From the IMG/VR virus record IMGVR_UViG_3300027734_000050, positions 1-64,000 of that record: a DNA stretch of 64,000 nucleotides; one strand, given 5' to 3'. Positions within the stretch are counted from its first letter, which is position 1. Each line of letters begins with the position of its first letter. The notes beneath the pieces were generated by a model, which had not been told where the DNA came from, searched no databases, and worked only from the letters and a program-made list of their open reading frames with translations. The position numbers and the translations under genes are program-made. Origin of the DNA: a virus. Lineage: Duplodnaviria; Heunggongvirae; Uroviricota; Caudoviricetes. This document shows positions 51,883-61,964 of this stretch, in pieces.

Positions 51883-53214
51883 TCAGAGAGTATGATACCA
51901 AGGTTTTAGTGCAGGAAATGCTAGATCAAAGCATTTGCCTCGACGCTGATCATATTGTGCGTAGAACTGCTTAAAGTCATTCAGCAACTTGGGCCGATCA
52001 AATGCTTCTGAGTGCGGAGTTTTGACTATGTCAAGATAATCAATCAAGCGTTGAACATGATTGACTTCGTGCTCATGCAAGAATTCACTATTCCACCAAG
52101 AGTCAAGCCAGACTTCTAACCGTTGTCGAAATACCGTGCGTAGTTCGTCGGGCAACACCAAAGGTGATTGGAAACTAGGAAATCGCAGGATGTTCAAGGT
52201 AAAACTCACAGCATCACGGCCGTATTCTATTTTCCAGTTCATTATGCATTCCAAGAACTGATCCAGTGAGCACAGACACAATGCATTGATTGTGTTCATG
52301 ATGTGTATGCCACGGAACTTACCTGAATCAAGAAGTCGTTCCACATTGTTGGCCCAGTCATCCCATACTAACCCGTCTCTGATATATTCGGCTTGCAGAC
52401 CTACACTTTCGTTGGATGTATATAAGTCAACTTCTAATCCATCAATGCTTGCTAACAATCGATCTAGATCCACCGCAGTGCCTAGATTTGAATTGATTGC
52501 CAAGCGTGTTTGGCTACGCCCTGGATTGTTCTTAAACCAGTCAATCAGTTTCCATGTCTCGCCCGACATCAGTGGCTCGCCACCGGTTATGCGGAGTTCT
52601 TGGAGGGTTCGATGTAGGTCCGACTCCCACCACGCAAAGAACGCCTCCACATAAGGATTGGTCTCACCGAAACTATAAAGCTGACTACTGCCATGATCGT
52701 GAGTAAAGTGATTCCTACCATCAGACACAAGACCTTGATAGGGTCCATTTTTACGAATGTCTCGAACCCAAGTGCTGCTGAATGCAGGATTACAATAACT
52801 GCAAGCAAATTGGCAAGTGCGGTCAAAAGCAATCTCCAAGGTACGGAGGTTGAAGTCTTGATCTGGTGAATTGGTATGTGCTTCATTTAACAACTCAATG
52901 GGGTAAATCTTACTCTTATACACACGGTCACTGATGGCATCACTGCCCATGTCTTCTATCTTCCAGCAATACTCACAACCAGCAGGGCGCTCGCCCTCAA
53001 TCATCTTGCGACGATCCTCTTTCTTTTGATCAGTATTGTGCAGCAGCCTAGGGTTGGCCCGAACTTTATCAATGTCCACCAAATGGGCCGGCGGGTGATG
53101 GCAACTTGTAGTCATGCCACTTCCTAACCAGATGGTAGCATTGTACCATTTTGCTGCACAAAAACTTGCACTCTTGGTGTCTAGCACCTGTCGCTTGAAT
53201 TCTAAATCGGTCAT
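51883..53214 (-). CDS. radical SAM protein, paralog E
   Basis: CAAKW...SCHHPP...GCEYCW, then CQFACSYCNPAFSSTW. GGEP motif present. Confidence 0.65.
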   Translation of the reverse strand: MTDLEFKRQVLDTKSASFCAAKWYNATIWLGSGMTTSCHHPPAHLVDIDKVRANPRLLHNTDQKKEDRRKMIEGERPAGCEYCWKIEDMGSDAISDRVYKSKIYPIELLNEAHTNSPDQDFNLRTLEIAFDRTCQFACSYCNPAFSSTWVRDIRKNGPYQGLVSDGRNHFTHDHGSSQLYSFGETNPYVEAFFAWWESDLHRTLQELRITGGEPLMSGETWKLIDWFKNNPGRSQTRLAINSNLGTAVDLDRLLASIDGLEVDLYTSNESVGLQAEYIRDGLVWDDWANNVERLLDSGKFRGIHIMNTINALCLCSLDQFLECIMNWKIEYGRDAVSFTLNILRFPSFQSPLVLPDELRTVFRQRLEVWLDSWWNSEFLHEHEVNHVQRLIDYLDIVKTPHSEAFDRPKLLNDFKQFYAQYDQRRGKCFDLAFPALKPWYHTL

Positions 53215-54323
53215 TGTTGTTGTAGGAATTGTAGAAATCGGTCAGGAAACTCCTGCCGGATCTTGGAACCCAGTTCCTTCATATGTTGTTGATTATACTT
53301 ACTTATTGCTTGGGCCGCAACCAGAAATTCATCTAAATCACCGGCACACAGATCTTGAACTATAGTGGCTATCCTATCCAATCGGTCTTGATTGTTATCG
53401 ATCAGATCAAACGATTCATCTATTAGAGTGTGATATGTTTGGAATCCTGCATGATGCAGATCTCTGTAAAAGCCACGATTGGCCACAACCACAAAAGGAT
53501 GACCCATGGCCATGGGTTTGTAGATCTTTTCACTGCGTAGACTGTATGGATAATCACATACTGTTTCGGTGACTAAACTAAAATAGGTATCAATGTATGG
53601 CTCCGCACGGATGTATACGTCACCCCATTGGTTATTGAACAGTTCGTGTTTGATAAAAGCGTGTTCAAATTGATTTTGAGTGTTGTTATGATATCTCTCT
53701 ACTTCATAATTGCTCGGCAACAAATGTATAGCAGATTGTCGACTCAATAAATCGGTCTGGTATGTATGATGATATACCAGTGTAGTGTCAAGATTGGTCC
53801 AAAGTGCATGTTCCAACAATTCGGCATCACGCATCTTTTCTATCATGTATTTTCTATGCGGGCGAGTACGGCCATTCAAGAACAAGAATTTGTAGGGCTT
53901 GTTTGTTTTGCTGTATATCTCATCCACTCGGCTGGATTGTTCCACATTTTGTTCATACCCAATCACCCGATTGAGATAACAATCATACACTAGACAATTG
54001 AGTTCAGGTTCCATTTCGCCACACCCGACCAGCAAAAGTTTCTTTTGGGTTACTAGATCCAGCAGCCCTAGCCCCTGGCATTGTAGTTTCAGAGTGCTTG
54101 ATCCTTCACTAGGGTTGGCCAATACAGGTAAGAAGAATCCTTCTGTGGCCAATTCTTTTATCCTTGATGAGTACTGGTTTACTGTTTGTCGAGCAAATAT
54201 TGTGATTGAATTGGCCACAGGTTCATGCTGATCGAAATCCCAAAATGTATCATCTACTAGATGTTTGATTTCAGGATAGATCTCACATTGAGTGTCACAG
54301 ATGATAGTTCGGTTACCTAGCAT
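53211..54323 (-). CDS. glycosyltransferase-like paralog family member (370 aa)
   Basis: C-terminal block SEKIYKPMAMGHPFVVV...LHHAGFQTYHTLIDESFD. Confidence 0.5.
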   Translation of the reverse strand: MLGNRTIICDTQCEIYPEIKHLVDDTFWDFDQHEPVANSITIFARQTVNQYSSRIKELATEGFFLPVLANPSEGSSTLKLQCQGLGLLDLVTQKKLLLVGCGEMEPELNCLVYDCYLNRVIGYEQNVEQSSRVDEIYSKTNKPYKFLFLNGRTRPHRKYMIEKMRDAELLEHALWTNLDTTLVYHHTYQTDLLSRQSAIHLLPSNYEVERYHNNTQNQFEHAFIKHELFNNQWGDVYIRAEPYIDTYFSLVTETVCDYPYSLRSEKIYKPMAMGHPFVVVANRGFYRDLHHAGFQTYHTLIDESFDLIDNNQDRLDRIATIVQDLCAGDLDEFLVAAQAISKYNQQHMKELGSKIRQEFPDRFLQFLQQQ

Positions 54324-55686
54324 GTAGACTGCATTGTTTCCACCAAGAGATCATTTCAGGAAATGTTTTTTCAAAGTCTGTGCCTCTGCGGCGATCATGT
54401 TCGCTGAAAAATCTGTAAAAATCTGCTAGGTGTTGAGGGCTAGTTGTATTCAACGCTGATCGCATCCATGCTATATCACGCTCGAGCCGTTGCACTTCAT
54501 AGTCCTTGAAACCATGAAACGGATCGGCCGCAGTTTCTAGGTTGGCCAACATAAAGTCTCGTGCTTGTTCTAGTTTTGCAGCATAACTTTCAGGCAAGGT
54601 CTGAAGGCTTTGCCATGCCGGTTGTCGCAGCACAGGTGTGTCAAACCACACACGCTGATATGTCTTGCTGTATTGGCGGCGTAGATCTAGTATCCATTGC
54701 ATCAATGGCAGGAAGCCTGTTACACTTAAATTGTTCATTGTGATGATAAAGGTCAGACTATTACGATATGGAATGTCCGTGAGATATGTTTCCACATTGT
54801 TTTTCAATCTGTCAAAATCCAAGCCATGGCGTATGTATTCTGCTTGTGGGCCTATGCCCGAATCAAGGCTCACATACTGCATGAAGTGTTCAATGTCAGT
54901 GCTGCATAGTCGTTGAACATAGTCAAAGTATTTTGTTGATAGTTCGGGCTCTACACTGAAGTTTGATGTCACGGCCAAATGTAGATCGCTTTTTGGATTC
55001 TCCAACACATAGTCAAACACTCTGTAGGTGTTTCGATCCATCAGTGGTTCGCCACCGGTCATGCGGAAGTGTTTGAGTTCAGGATACAGACTAGGCCACC
55101 AAGCCCAGAATGCTTCTACATAAGGGTTGTGATCACGGGCAGGGATAGGCCTGCGGCTGCCGCTAAAATGCTCAGCAGCGTTATGAGGAACCAAAGTAGG
55201 AAATGCCCCGTGGCGTTCAACTTCTTGCTGCCAACTAGAGCTGAACTGCGGGCTGCAATAGCTGCATTTAAGGTTGCAGGCATTGTTAAAATTGACTTCC
55301 ACATATGACGGTACGACATCTTCATCTCCAGTTGAGTTTTTTATCCGTTCAAAATCCACGGCTGCCCAGGGCTCACCAGATCTATAATGTCGATCGCTGA
55401 GTTGTCCTAGATCTTCCATGTTCCAACAGTAACTGCATTCAGTGGGTCTCTGTTGTTGTAGCATTATCTTGCGTTGTTCTTTTTTATGCTGGGTATTATG
55501 CAAAGCAGCAGGATTGACAGCAATCGCAGCAGAATCTGTTGCATGCAAGGGCGGATGATAACAACTGTTATTTAATCCTGTAGTAAGATGCAAGCTGACC
55601 TGTTTCCATTTGGCCAGACACAATGCTGGCCCTAGATCTGTCTTCATCTGTTGAGCAGATACTATGAATTTACTTTGATCTGTCAT
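54313..55686 (-). CDS. radical SAM protein, paralog F
   Basis: CLAKW...SCYHPP...ECSYCW, then CNLKCSYCSPQFSSSW. Closest paralog to E. Confidence 0.65.
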   Translation of the reverse strand: MTDQSKFIVSAQQMKTDLGPALCLAKWKQVSLHLTTGLNNSCYHPPLHATDSAAIAVNPAALHNTQHKKEQRKIMLQQQRPTECSYCWNMEDLGQLSDRHYRSGEPWAAVDFERIKNSTGDEDVVPSYVEVNFNNACNLKCSYCSPQFSSSWQQEVERHGAFPTLVPHNAAEHFSGSRRPIPARDHNPYVEAFWAWWPSLYPELKHFRMTGGEPLMDRNTYRVFDYVLENPKSDLHLAVTSNFSVEPELSTKYFDYVQRLCSTDIEHFMQYVSLDSGIGPQAEYIRHGLDFDRLKNNVETYLTDIPYRNSLTFIITMNNLSVTGFLPLMQWILDLRRQYSKTYQRVWFDTPVLRQPAWQSLQTLPESYAAKLEQARDFMLANLETAADPFHGFKDYEVQRLERDIAWMRSALNTTSPQHLADFYRFFSEHDRRRGTDFEKTFPEMISWWKQCSLHAR

Positions 55687-56672
55687 ACTCCAAATATCTT
55701 TGTAAAATCTTCTTCTGTTAATTCTAATAATCTATAGAGATTGTGATCCAAGATTGGAGTCATATCTTTGAACATAGATTCTAAATCTCTAATAGAGAGG
55801 CAGCTCAACTGTTGAATATTATCAATCATAGCCGGTACGTGGCACCCATCAGGGTCCTCACTATAGCCTTCGTCCCACCACTTATTGAAAGTTTGAAACC
55901 CCAACCGTTTTAGATTGGGAATCAGATCAGCCGGTCCTTGAACCATAAACGGTGTACGCATCAATATTGGCCTCCATATTTTTTCATCTATATAAAAAGT
56001 ATTGCCCTTGTTAAAAGTCAAGCTGACCAGCTCTAAGAAAAATCCAGGATAGTGATCTGTGATGTTGTATGTTAAATCCGGTCCAATGTAATCAACATCG
56101 ATTGGATCTATTTTTATCGGTCCATGAGTTATCAGATCAAATGCCCAGGTCAAATTCTCTTTTGGTATGTTTATGTCACACATCATATCCTCGATGCCAA
56201 TAAATGATCGATGGAATGATTTTGAAACATCGCAATGATACGATTGCAAGGTCTGCGAACGATGATTGGCCCTTAGATAACTTGCTAGATATAACCTCTC
56301 TTTGTTGCTGTGTCCGATAAAATGGCCAAAATGTCGTAAATCCTGATCAAACTTTTTAACGCTATCTACACCAGTGATATATTTTTTTTGTGCATTTTTT
56401 AGCTCGTAATTTTGGTGATGTTTTACTATGACGTAATCATGATGCCGTTCAATGAAATTAGCTGTGTGTATTTCTATCTGTTGTTTTGGGTAATTAAACA
56501 CGCCACATATGTTATCAAGCAAGTCATATATGCCATTGCTTTGGCAGCAAGGACCTTCCCCATTAAGATCAATCCGGACCACCGTTGGGTTGCTCTGTAC
56601 TGCCTGTATTATCTCGATGATCACCCGATCACGATCTACAATCCTTCCTTCTGTGGTGACTAGTTTTATCAT
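55683..56672 (-). CDS. glycosyltransferase-like paralog family member (329 aa)
   Basis: C-terminal block DEKIWRPILMRTPFMV...LKRLGFQTFNKWWDEGY. Confidence 0.45.
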   Translation of the reverse strand: MIKLVTTEGRIVDRDRVIIEIIQAVQSNPTVVRIDLNGEGPCCQSNGIYDLLDNICGVFNYPKQQIEIHTANFIERHHDYVIVKHHQNYELKNAQKKYITGVDSVKKFDQDLRHFGHFIGHSNKERLYLASYLRANHRSQTLQSYHCDVSKSFHRSFIGIEDMMCDINIPKENLTWAFDLITHGPIKIDPIDVDYIGPDLTYNITDHYPGFFLELVSLTFNKGNTFYIDEKIWRPILMRTPFMVQGPADLIPNLKRLGFQTFNKWWDEGYSEDPDGCHVPAMIDNIQQLSCLSIRDLESMFKDMTPILDHNLYRLLELTEEDFTKIFGV

Positions 56673-56703
56673 AGTAGGAAGTATTTAACAGTTAAATAGA
56701 TGC

Positions 56704-57294
56704 ATGTTTGAAATAATCTCAGAATTTGAAAATCGCATTGCACAATTTTACGGCAGTTCTTACGCTGTGTCAACTGATAGTTGTACGCATGCCATTGAAT
56801 TGTGCCTACGTCATCAGAAATCCAACGATGTAAGCTGTCCTACGCAGACCTACGTTAGCATTCCGATGACATTTGAAAAACTTGGGTTGCGCTGGTCCTG
56901 GAACGATCAATCCTGGCAAGACTACTACTACATCGGTGGAACAAATGTCATTGATGCTGCTGTGTATTGGCAAAGAGATGGATACATCAACGGTACCTTG
57001 ATGTGCCTTAGCTTTCAGTTCCAAAAACATCTAAGCCTTGTACGAGGTGGTGCTATATTAACCAATGATCATGACGAATACGTGGCACTTAAAAAACTAA
57101 GTTTTGATGGCAGGTATGGTAATTCTCCCTGGAGGGATCAAGACATCACCAGTCTAGGATATCATTACTACATGCCTATAGAAACTGCTAAATTAGGATT
57201 GGAAAAAATTGATGCTGCTATTTCTTCTATTCCAAGAAAATGGAGCCATCTGGATTACCCTTACCTCCCGGATTTTTCAGTATTTCAGAAGTGA
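56704..57294 (+). CDS. short DegT-like PLP aminotransferase-fold protein (196 aa)
   Basis: FENRIAQFYGSSYAVSTDSCTHAIEL resembles the DegT N-terminus. SFQFQKHLS is a candidate PLP-lysine site. GGAILTND is present. Confidence 0.45.
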   Translation: MFEIISEFENRIAQFYGSSYAVSTDSCTHAIELCLRHQKSNDVSCPTQTYVSIPMTFEKLGLRWSWNDQSWQDYYYIGGTNVIDAAVYWQRDGYINGTLMCLSFQFQKHLSLVRGGAILTNDHDEYVALKKLSFDGRYGNSPWRDQDITSLGYHYYMPIETAKLGLEKIDAAISSIPRKWSHLDYPYLPDFSVFQK

Positions 57295-57979
57295 TCCGTT
57301 GATGCAATAATTTTGCATAGTATCTGTGGCCGTCGGCAGTTGGATGTTTTCCATCTTCGGCAATCCAATTATTTCTTTGTGCAATGTCCTCAAGGCAATC
57401 TTCCTGATACACGTTATTCCAGTCTATTAGATTGTACAGGTGTTCAAACCTTGAGAACTTTCTAATAGGTCTCCAATGCATGAACAAGTATGGTATGTTG
57501 TTTTCTTTAAGTACCGATTGCAAACTGATCATTCGAATGTATTCAGATTTGAGTATTTCTTTGTACCCAGTAACCGCATGGCATGATTGAAATACCTCAC
57601 TCACACTATCTTTGGTTCCTCTTAGATATCCTAAGCTGAATATCCAATTTTTTTCTACATGATCTTGATCATCAATGGGATATACTATTTTACTGGGCCA
57701 GTCATTCTGTGCGCTCTGATAGATTGAAGTATTAAGACTGTCAGAAAATTTAGAGATGTCATCCACACGGAAATCCATTCGACCACATTCTGCCCACATC
57801 ACCAATACCAGATCATATTTCCTTTGTGAGATTTCGCCTATGGTGGTTTCGTGTATGTAGGTATTGCCACATCCTGCCATGGCTAGATTTACTAGTTCGC
57901 ATCCCAGTAGTTCTTTAAGAAAATAAGGCCAAGAATCTGGACCTCTACTGACACTAGCACCATTGACAAGTATATTCAT
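57227..57979 (-). CDS. SGNH/GDSL-like hydrolase (250 aa)
   Basis: N-terminal ILVNGASVSRG is a block I motif with a Ser. The 3' end overlaps 56704-57294 convergently. Confidence 0.4.
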   Translation of the reverse strand: MNILVNGASVSRGPDSWPYFLKELLGCELVNLAMAGCGNTYIHETTIGEISQRKYDLVLVMWAECGRMDFRVDDISKFSDSLNTSIYQSAQNDWPSKIVYPIDDQDHVEKNWIFSLGYLRGTKDSVSEVFQSCHAVTGYKEILKSEYIRMISLQSVLKENNIPYLFMHWRPIRKFSRFEHLYNLIDWNNVYQEDCLEDIAQRNNWIAEDGKHPTADGHRYYAKLLHQRITSEILKNPGGKGNPDGSIFLE

Positions 57980-59058
57980 TGATATTGTTTCTCAAGTTGA
58001 GCACGTGATACTTTGCCGCTTGTGCCGGTCGAGATAGTGTCTAGTTGTTTTATCATGGTCGGGCGGCAATGCTGATTAATATCTGTCAGAACTTTTTGTA
58101 CCTGAGCCGGCGTGCAATTTCCAGTGTACAAACATTTTACACTATCACTGCCAAATATAACACAGGTTTCGATCAATGGCAACAAACGCATCAACTGATT
58201 TTCTATACTTAGTGGATTGAGTTTGTACCCGTTGACATTGATTTGATCACGATGGCGACCTATGATGCGATAATACCCATCTGAATCCTGCTGTGCTAGA
58301 TCGCCGGTATCATACCAATCTTTAGTAAAGAGACATTCTCCTTTGATCCAAAGATGTTGATCTCTTATTTCTGCTTGTATTCCCGAAGGCAATCCAACAG
58401 TTCCTATTCGTTGTTCGCCATTTAATGGATTTGTAAAACAATGGCTCAAAGATTCAGTCATGCCAAATGCTTCAATCACAGGCACATTGAATTTGGCACA
58501 GAGATGTTGATACAAGGTGTCAGGCAATGCTGCACTAGCACTACGAATAAATCTCAATGTTGTTAAATCTAGATTACCGACGATCTTGAGAATACCCGGG
58601 ATCGCTGTTATAAAAGTGGGAGAGAGTTTTGGAAGATTACGTATTTCATTCAATGACAAGAACTTCATTTCACATCCTGATGATTTTGCAGCCCAATAAA
58701 ATCCTTGCCCATGTGCATGGCTCAGGCTCATCACACTAACATACCGATCGTTGGCAGTGATGTTGTATGCATTACATATAGTTTTTGCAAGAATATCAAT
58801 TTGATCTTGTGTAAAACTACAAAATTTACTGTCACCGGTAGTACCGGATGTATACCATAGCAATTTCTCTCCAGGATAGTCTCTTCCGGATCTACTAGAT
58901 TCTCCTTGATTAGTAATTAACAAACTCCAATCGGCTTGATCTAATAGATATGATTGTCGTTGAACTGTTGCTTTAGGATCTATTATCATAAGACTATAGT
59001 CCGTCAACTCGTCGATATAATCTTGCGGATTATCTACACAAAGTACAGCCCGTTTCAT
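57976..59058 (-). CDS. AMP-dependent synthetase/ligase (stand-alone adenylation enzyme, 360 aa)
   Basis: YTSGTTGDSK is the AMP-binding core motif. WYDTGDLA...GRHRDQINVNGYK is an A8-like motif. Confidence 0.7.
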   Translation of the reverse strand: MKRAVLCVDNPQDYIDELTDYSLMIIDPKATVQRQSYLLDQADWSLLITNQGESSRSGRDYPGEKLLWYTSGTTGDSKFCSFTQDQIDILAKTICNAYNITANDRYVSVMSLSHAHGQGFYWAAKSSGCEMKFLSLNEIRNLPKLSPTFITAIPGILKIVGNLDLTTLRFIRSASAALPDTLYQHLCAKFNVPVIEAFGMTESLSHCFTNPLNGEQRIGTVGLPSGIQAEIRDQHLWIKGECLFTKDWYDTGDLAQQDSDGYYRIIGRHRDQINVNGYKLNPLSIENQLMRLLPLIETCVIFGSDSVKCLYTGNCTPAQVQKVLTDINQHCRPTMIKQLDTISTGTSGKVSRAQLEKQYQ

Positions 59059-59936
59059 TTGTTGTTTATTTTATCTTTGTATTTTGTTTGCAAGAGTCTG
59101 ATCTGCCTGACGGATTTTATATAAAAATCTTCGACGGTGATTCCATCAAACTGTGGAGGCCGCATGGCAGACAAATTAAAAATTTCTCTCTCTCCTATAT
59201 TTTGTGTAGCTGTGTTTAAAATCGTTGCTATCTCTTTTTGTTTGCGGACCGGCATGGATTTCAATGCAATAGTGATATTAAAAATATATGGAGCATCTAT
59301 TCCTAGCTCTTTTAGTGTTTTTATTTTAGGTTCCTGAGGCAAGCGACCGGGGCAACTGGCAGCGATCATTTGCATCTTAGGGTTCTTTGTTTTTAACGAG
59401 GTATAACTTTCATACTTGTCAATAACAAATTCAATTCCATTGTCCCCGGCCATGTTGATTAACGCATCGTTGTTGCTTTTAAACACAATGTATAGAACAT
59501 CAAATTTATACTTCTCACCAAGAGCAAGTGCAGTCAAATGCGAAGCATTTCCAGCCCCAACTCCGCCTACTACAAATTCTGACTGCCCGGATAAAGTTTT
59601 ATTTGTTATCACTGCCCAACATGCATCACCAAATGCATAAATCGGCACATAATCAGTCTCAATGAGTTTTCCTGATTCAATATTTTCTACATATGTTGGG
59701 GCGATAATTGCCAAGCTGTTTTCATCCAAGTTCTTGACAGCAATAATTTGATTACCACCAGGTTTGAATTCTACCACAAATTTATAGGTAGATTGTATGA
59801 AATTTGCTTCGTCGACTACACGGAACAACGCCGGGGTGGCACTGTGTGCCGGGCTGTATGGGCTATAGATCTTGATTGTTTCACCGGCAAATGTGCTGCT
59901 GTACAAAACTAGTAATACTAATTTTAACCATTTCAT
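59055..59936 (-). CDS. secreted TctC/Bug-family-like substrate-binding protein
   Basis: Signal peptide MKWLKLVLLVLYSSTFA. GGVGAGNASHL resembles the tripartite tricarboxylate receptor fold. Confidence 0.4.
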   Translation of the reverse strand: MKWLKLVLLVLYSSTFAGETIKIYSPYSPAHSATPALFRVVDEANFIQSTYKFVVEFKPGGNQIIAVKNLDENSLAIIAPTYVENIESGKLIETDYVPIYAFGDACWAVITNKTLSGQSEFVVGGVGAGNASHLTALALGEKYKFDVLYIVFKSNNDALINMAGDNGIEFVIDKYESYTSLKTKNPKMQMIAASCPGRLPQEPKIKTLKELGIDAPYIFNITIALKSMPVRKQKEIATILNTATQNIGEREIFNLSAMRPPQFDGITVEDFYIKSVRQIRLLQTKYKDKINNK

Positions 59937-59955
59937 ATTTTTAAAATTAAAATTA

Positions 59956-60906
59956 TTAAATGGTATCTATCTCTCGAACCATGGCACCACGGTTGCGCCA
60001 ATTGCTACGATAATGGCGTTTGAAAAACTCACTGGCTTCCACTGTGAGCATATGCATGGGTAGATCTAATTGTGTATGCAATTCCGTAGCGATGTTGTTG
60101 CTCACATGCTCGGGCTGTTCCTTTTCTACAGTTCGCCATATCTCAGACAATGCATCAAAGTTTTGTACCTGCAAATAGTCCCAGTTGGTGAGCATGGTCA
60201 TATATGTACCTTGTCGGGCTCCGGCCATGGCCCAGTATCCATAGTCTACATCTGCACCCACATTGTGCCAGATGGTAAGATGGTCAAGATTGCGTTGATG
60301 CACACGTTGTTGAAATTCAGGCAATGTGGGCCGTCGGCCACGATCCAAACACATCTTTACACCTTCGCGGAAGCCAGCACGCCAAGCATGGAATGCTGAC
60401 CCATTGGGATATGTGGTTGAATAACAGTCATGCATGGCCCAATACAATGGATCGAAACAAAACTCCACTTGGGTTTCTGTACGGCCGTCTGTAGCTTCAT
60501 GAGTACGCATGGCATTCACAAACGTGCGTGTCCAACTACTGATGCCACCATTACCATACATAAGACCATTCACATGGTTACGAGCACGCCATCGGAACAC
60601 CGCTTGCTCATGTTGTTCAGTGGGGAATAGCAGTGTCTGGTTGAAAAACTCCGGATCAGGAAGGTTGTCACCATCAATCAATACAAAACGCTCAGTGGTG
60701 CTGGCTTCTGCTGCTGCTTTGTGTGCTGCGTCTGATCCTTTGACTCCGTCTATTCTAGTGGCCCACGGAACCATGTTCCGTATCTTGACCCAGTGTTCTT
60801 CTTTCTGGGGCTCATCATAACTGAGATAGATGCAGTCTAGATCAGCGACATCAATTTGTTTCGACGACATTTTCTTTTTTCTTCCAATATTGTCCTGGTT
60901 GATCAT
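59956..60906 (-). CDS. hypothetical protein (316 aa) sharing an N-terminal block with the 542-aa paralog
   Basis: CIYLSYDEPQKEEHW here matches VVFISYDEPDAEQNW in 38999-40627. Confidence 0.45.
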   Translation of the reverse strand: MINQDNIGRKKKMSSKQIDVADLDCIYLSYDEPQKEEHWVKIRNMVPWATRIDGVKGSDAAHKAAAEASTTERFVLIDGDNLPDPEFFNQTLLFPTEQHEQAVFRWRARNHVNGLMYGNGGISSWTRTFVNAMRTHEATDGRTETQVEFCFDPLYWAMHDCYSTTYPNGSAFHAWRAGFREGVKMCLDRGRRPTLPEFQQRVHQRNLDHLTIWHNVGADVDYGYWAMAGARQGTYMTMLTNWDYLQVQNFDALSEIWRTVEKEQPEHVSNNIATELHTQLDLPMHMLTVEASEFFKRHYRSNWRNRGAMVREIDTI

Positions 60907-61195
60907 TTACCACAACAGTCACATCATTGATATGGCAAAGTGTTCCTGAATCTGCAGGTACGAGTTTGGTCATCCTGGCAGTTCTACGTCTAACAATTTT
61001 TCCATCAACAACGTTCACTGCCCGGTCCTGCAATGCAAATTGCTCGGGTGTGACATCAACATACTTACCGGGCAACTCTTCATGACTGTAAAATAATGGT
61101 AGTCCTGCATCATCATAGTAGAGCCTATAGTATACCGGCTTGGCATCAGTCCATTTGTAGTTGTGCCAAAACTCTAAAAATTCTTGTTCAGACAT
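60851..61195 (-). CDS. hypothetical protein (114 aa)
   Basis: ORF overlapping its neighbours. Confidence 0.4.
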   Translation of the reverse strand: MSEQEFLEFWHNYKWTDAKPVYYRLYYDDAGLPLFYSHEELPGKYVDVTPEQFALQDRAVNVVDGKIVRRRTARMTKLVPADSGTLCHINDVTVVVNDQPGQYWKKKENVVETN

Positions 61196-61964
61196 GTCGC
61201 CAATCTTTCACATGATAATGAACTGCACCCCACTGTGCCACAGTATTGATCCTTAACGGATTGAGTTCCCATGTGAGTTCTTTAGTCCAATCAGATGTGT
61301 GTATAGGAATCATATGTCGTTTCATATGCACGATTTGTGGATATATTGCAAATGGCATAGTAACCAATTCAGGTCCAATGATCTGTGCTGCCATGGCATA
61401 CACTAAATCCGTAGATGGTACTTCGTCTGGAAACTTTAGCAAGGTCTTGTAATCACTCCAGTGTTCGAATATCCTGCGTACTAGACCAAAGAACTCCTGT
61501 GCAGTCGGGCTCAATCTCCAGTAAGTGATGGCATTGTATACATCGGGCAGGTTGTTTGTGTCAAATACTTTTCTGTAGAATCTACTAGTGGCTGGTTGAT
61601 CGTAGAAGTCTCTGGCACCAGTGGATATCACAACATCTCTATGCTCAAACATGGTCCACCAGTGATCTATCTCGCTGGCAATGACCATGTCTGCTTCCAA
61701 TTTGATAGTCTGCCTAAATGGGCTTGCACCAAACACTTGCCAGTCGTTGGCATAGAGATTATCACTGAGTGGTAACTCGAATGTTTTGTAGTAGTCTATC
61801 AGGGCAGACCAATTGGCATTAGGTTGGTCGGTCAACAAACAGACTTTGGCATCAGGATGAAACTGCTTGATTGTTTTGATCAAGTTATATGCACAGTCTA
61901 CATAGTTGACCGTGGGAGTGTTTATGGCTGTGATCAAATAGCCGCGTTCACTTTGCACTGGCAA
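61188..61964 (-). CDS. hypothetical protein (258 aa)
   Basis: ORF translationally coupled to its neighbours. Confidence 0.45.
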   Translation of the reverse strand: MPVQSERGYLITAINTPTVNYVDCAYNLIKTIKQFHPDAKVCLLTDQPNANWSALIDYYKTFELPLSDNLYANDWQVFGASPFRQTIKLEADMVIASEIDHWWTMFEHRDVVISTGARDFYDQPATSRFYRKVFDTNNLPDVYNAITYWRLSPTAQEFFGLVRRIFEHWSDYKTLLKFPDEVPSTDLVYAMAAQIIGPELVTMPFAIYPQIVHMKRHMIPIHTSDWTKELTWELNPLRINTVAQWGAVHYHVKDWRHV

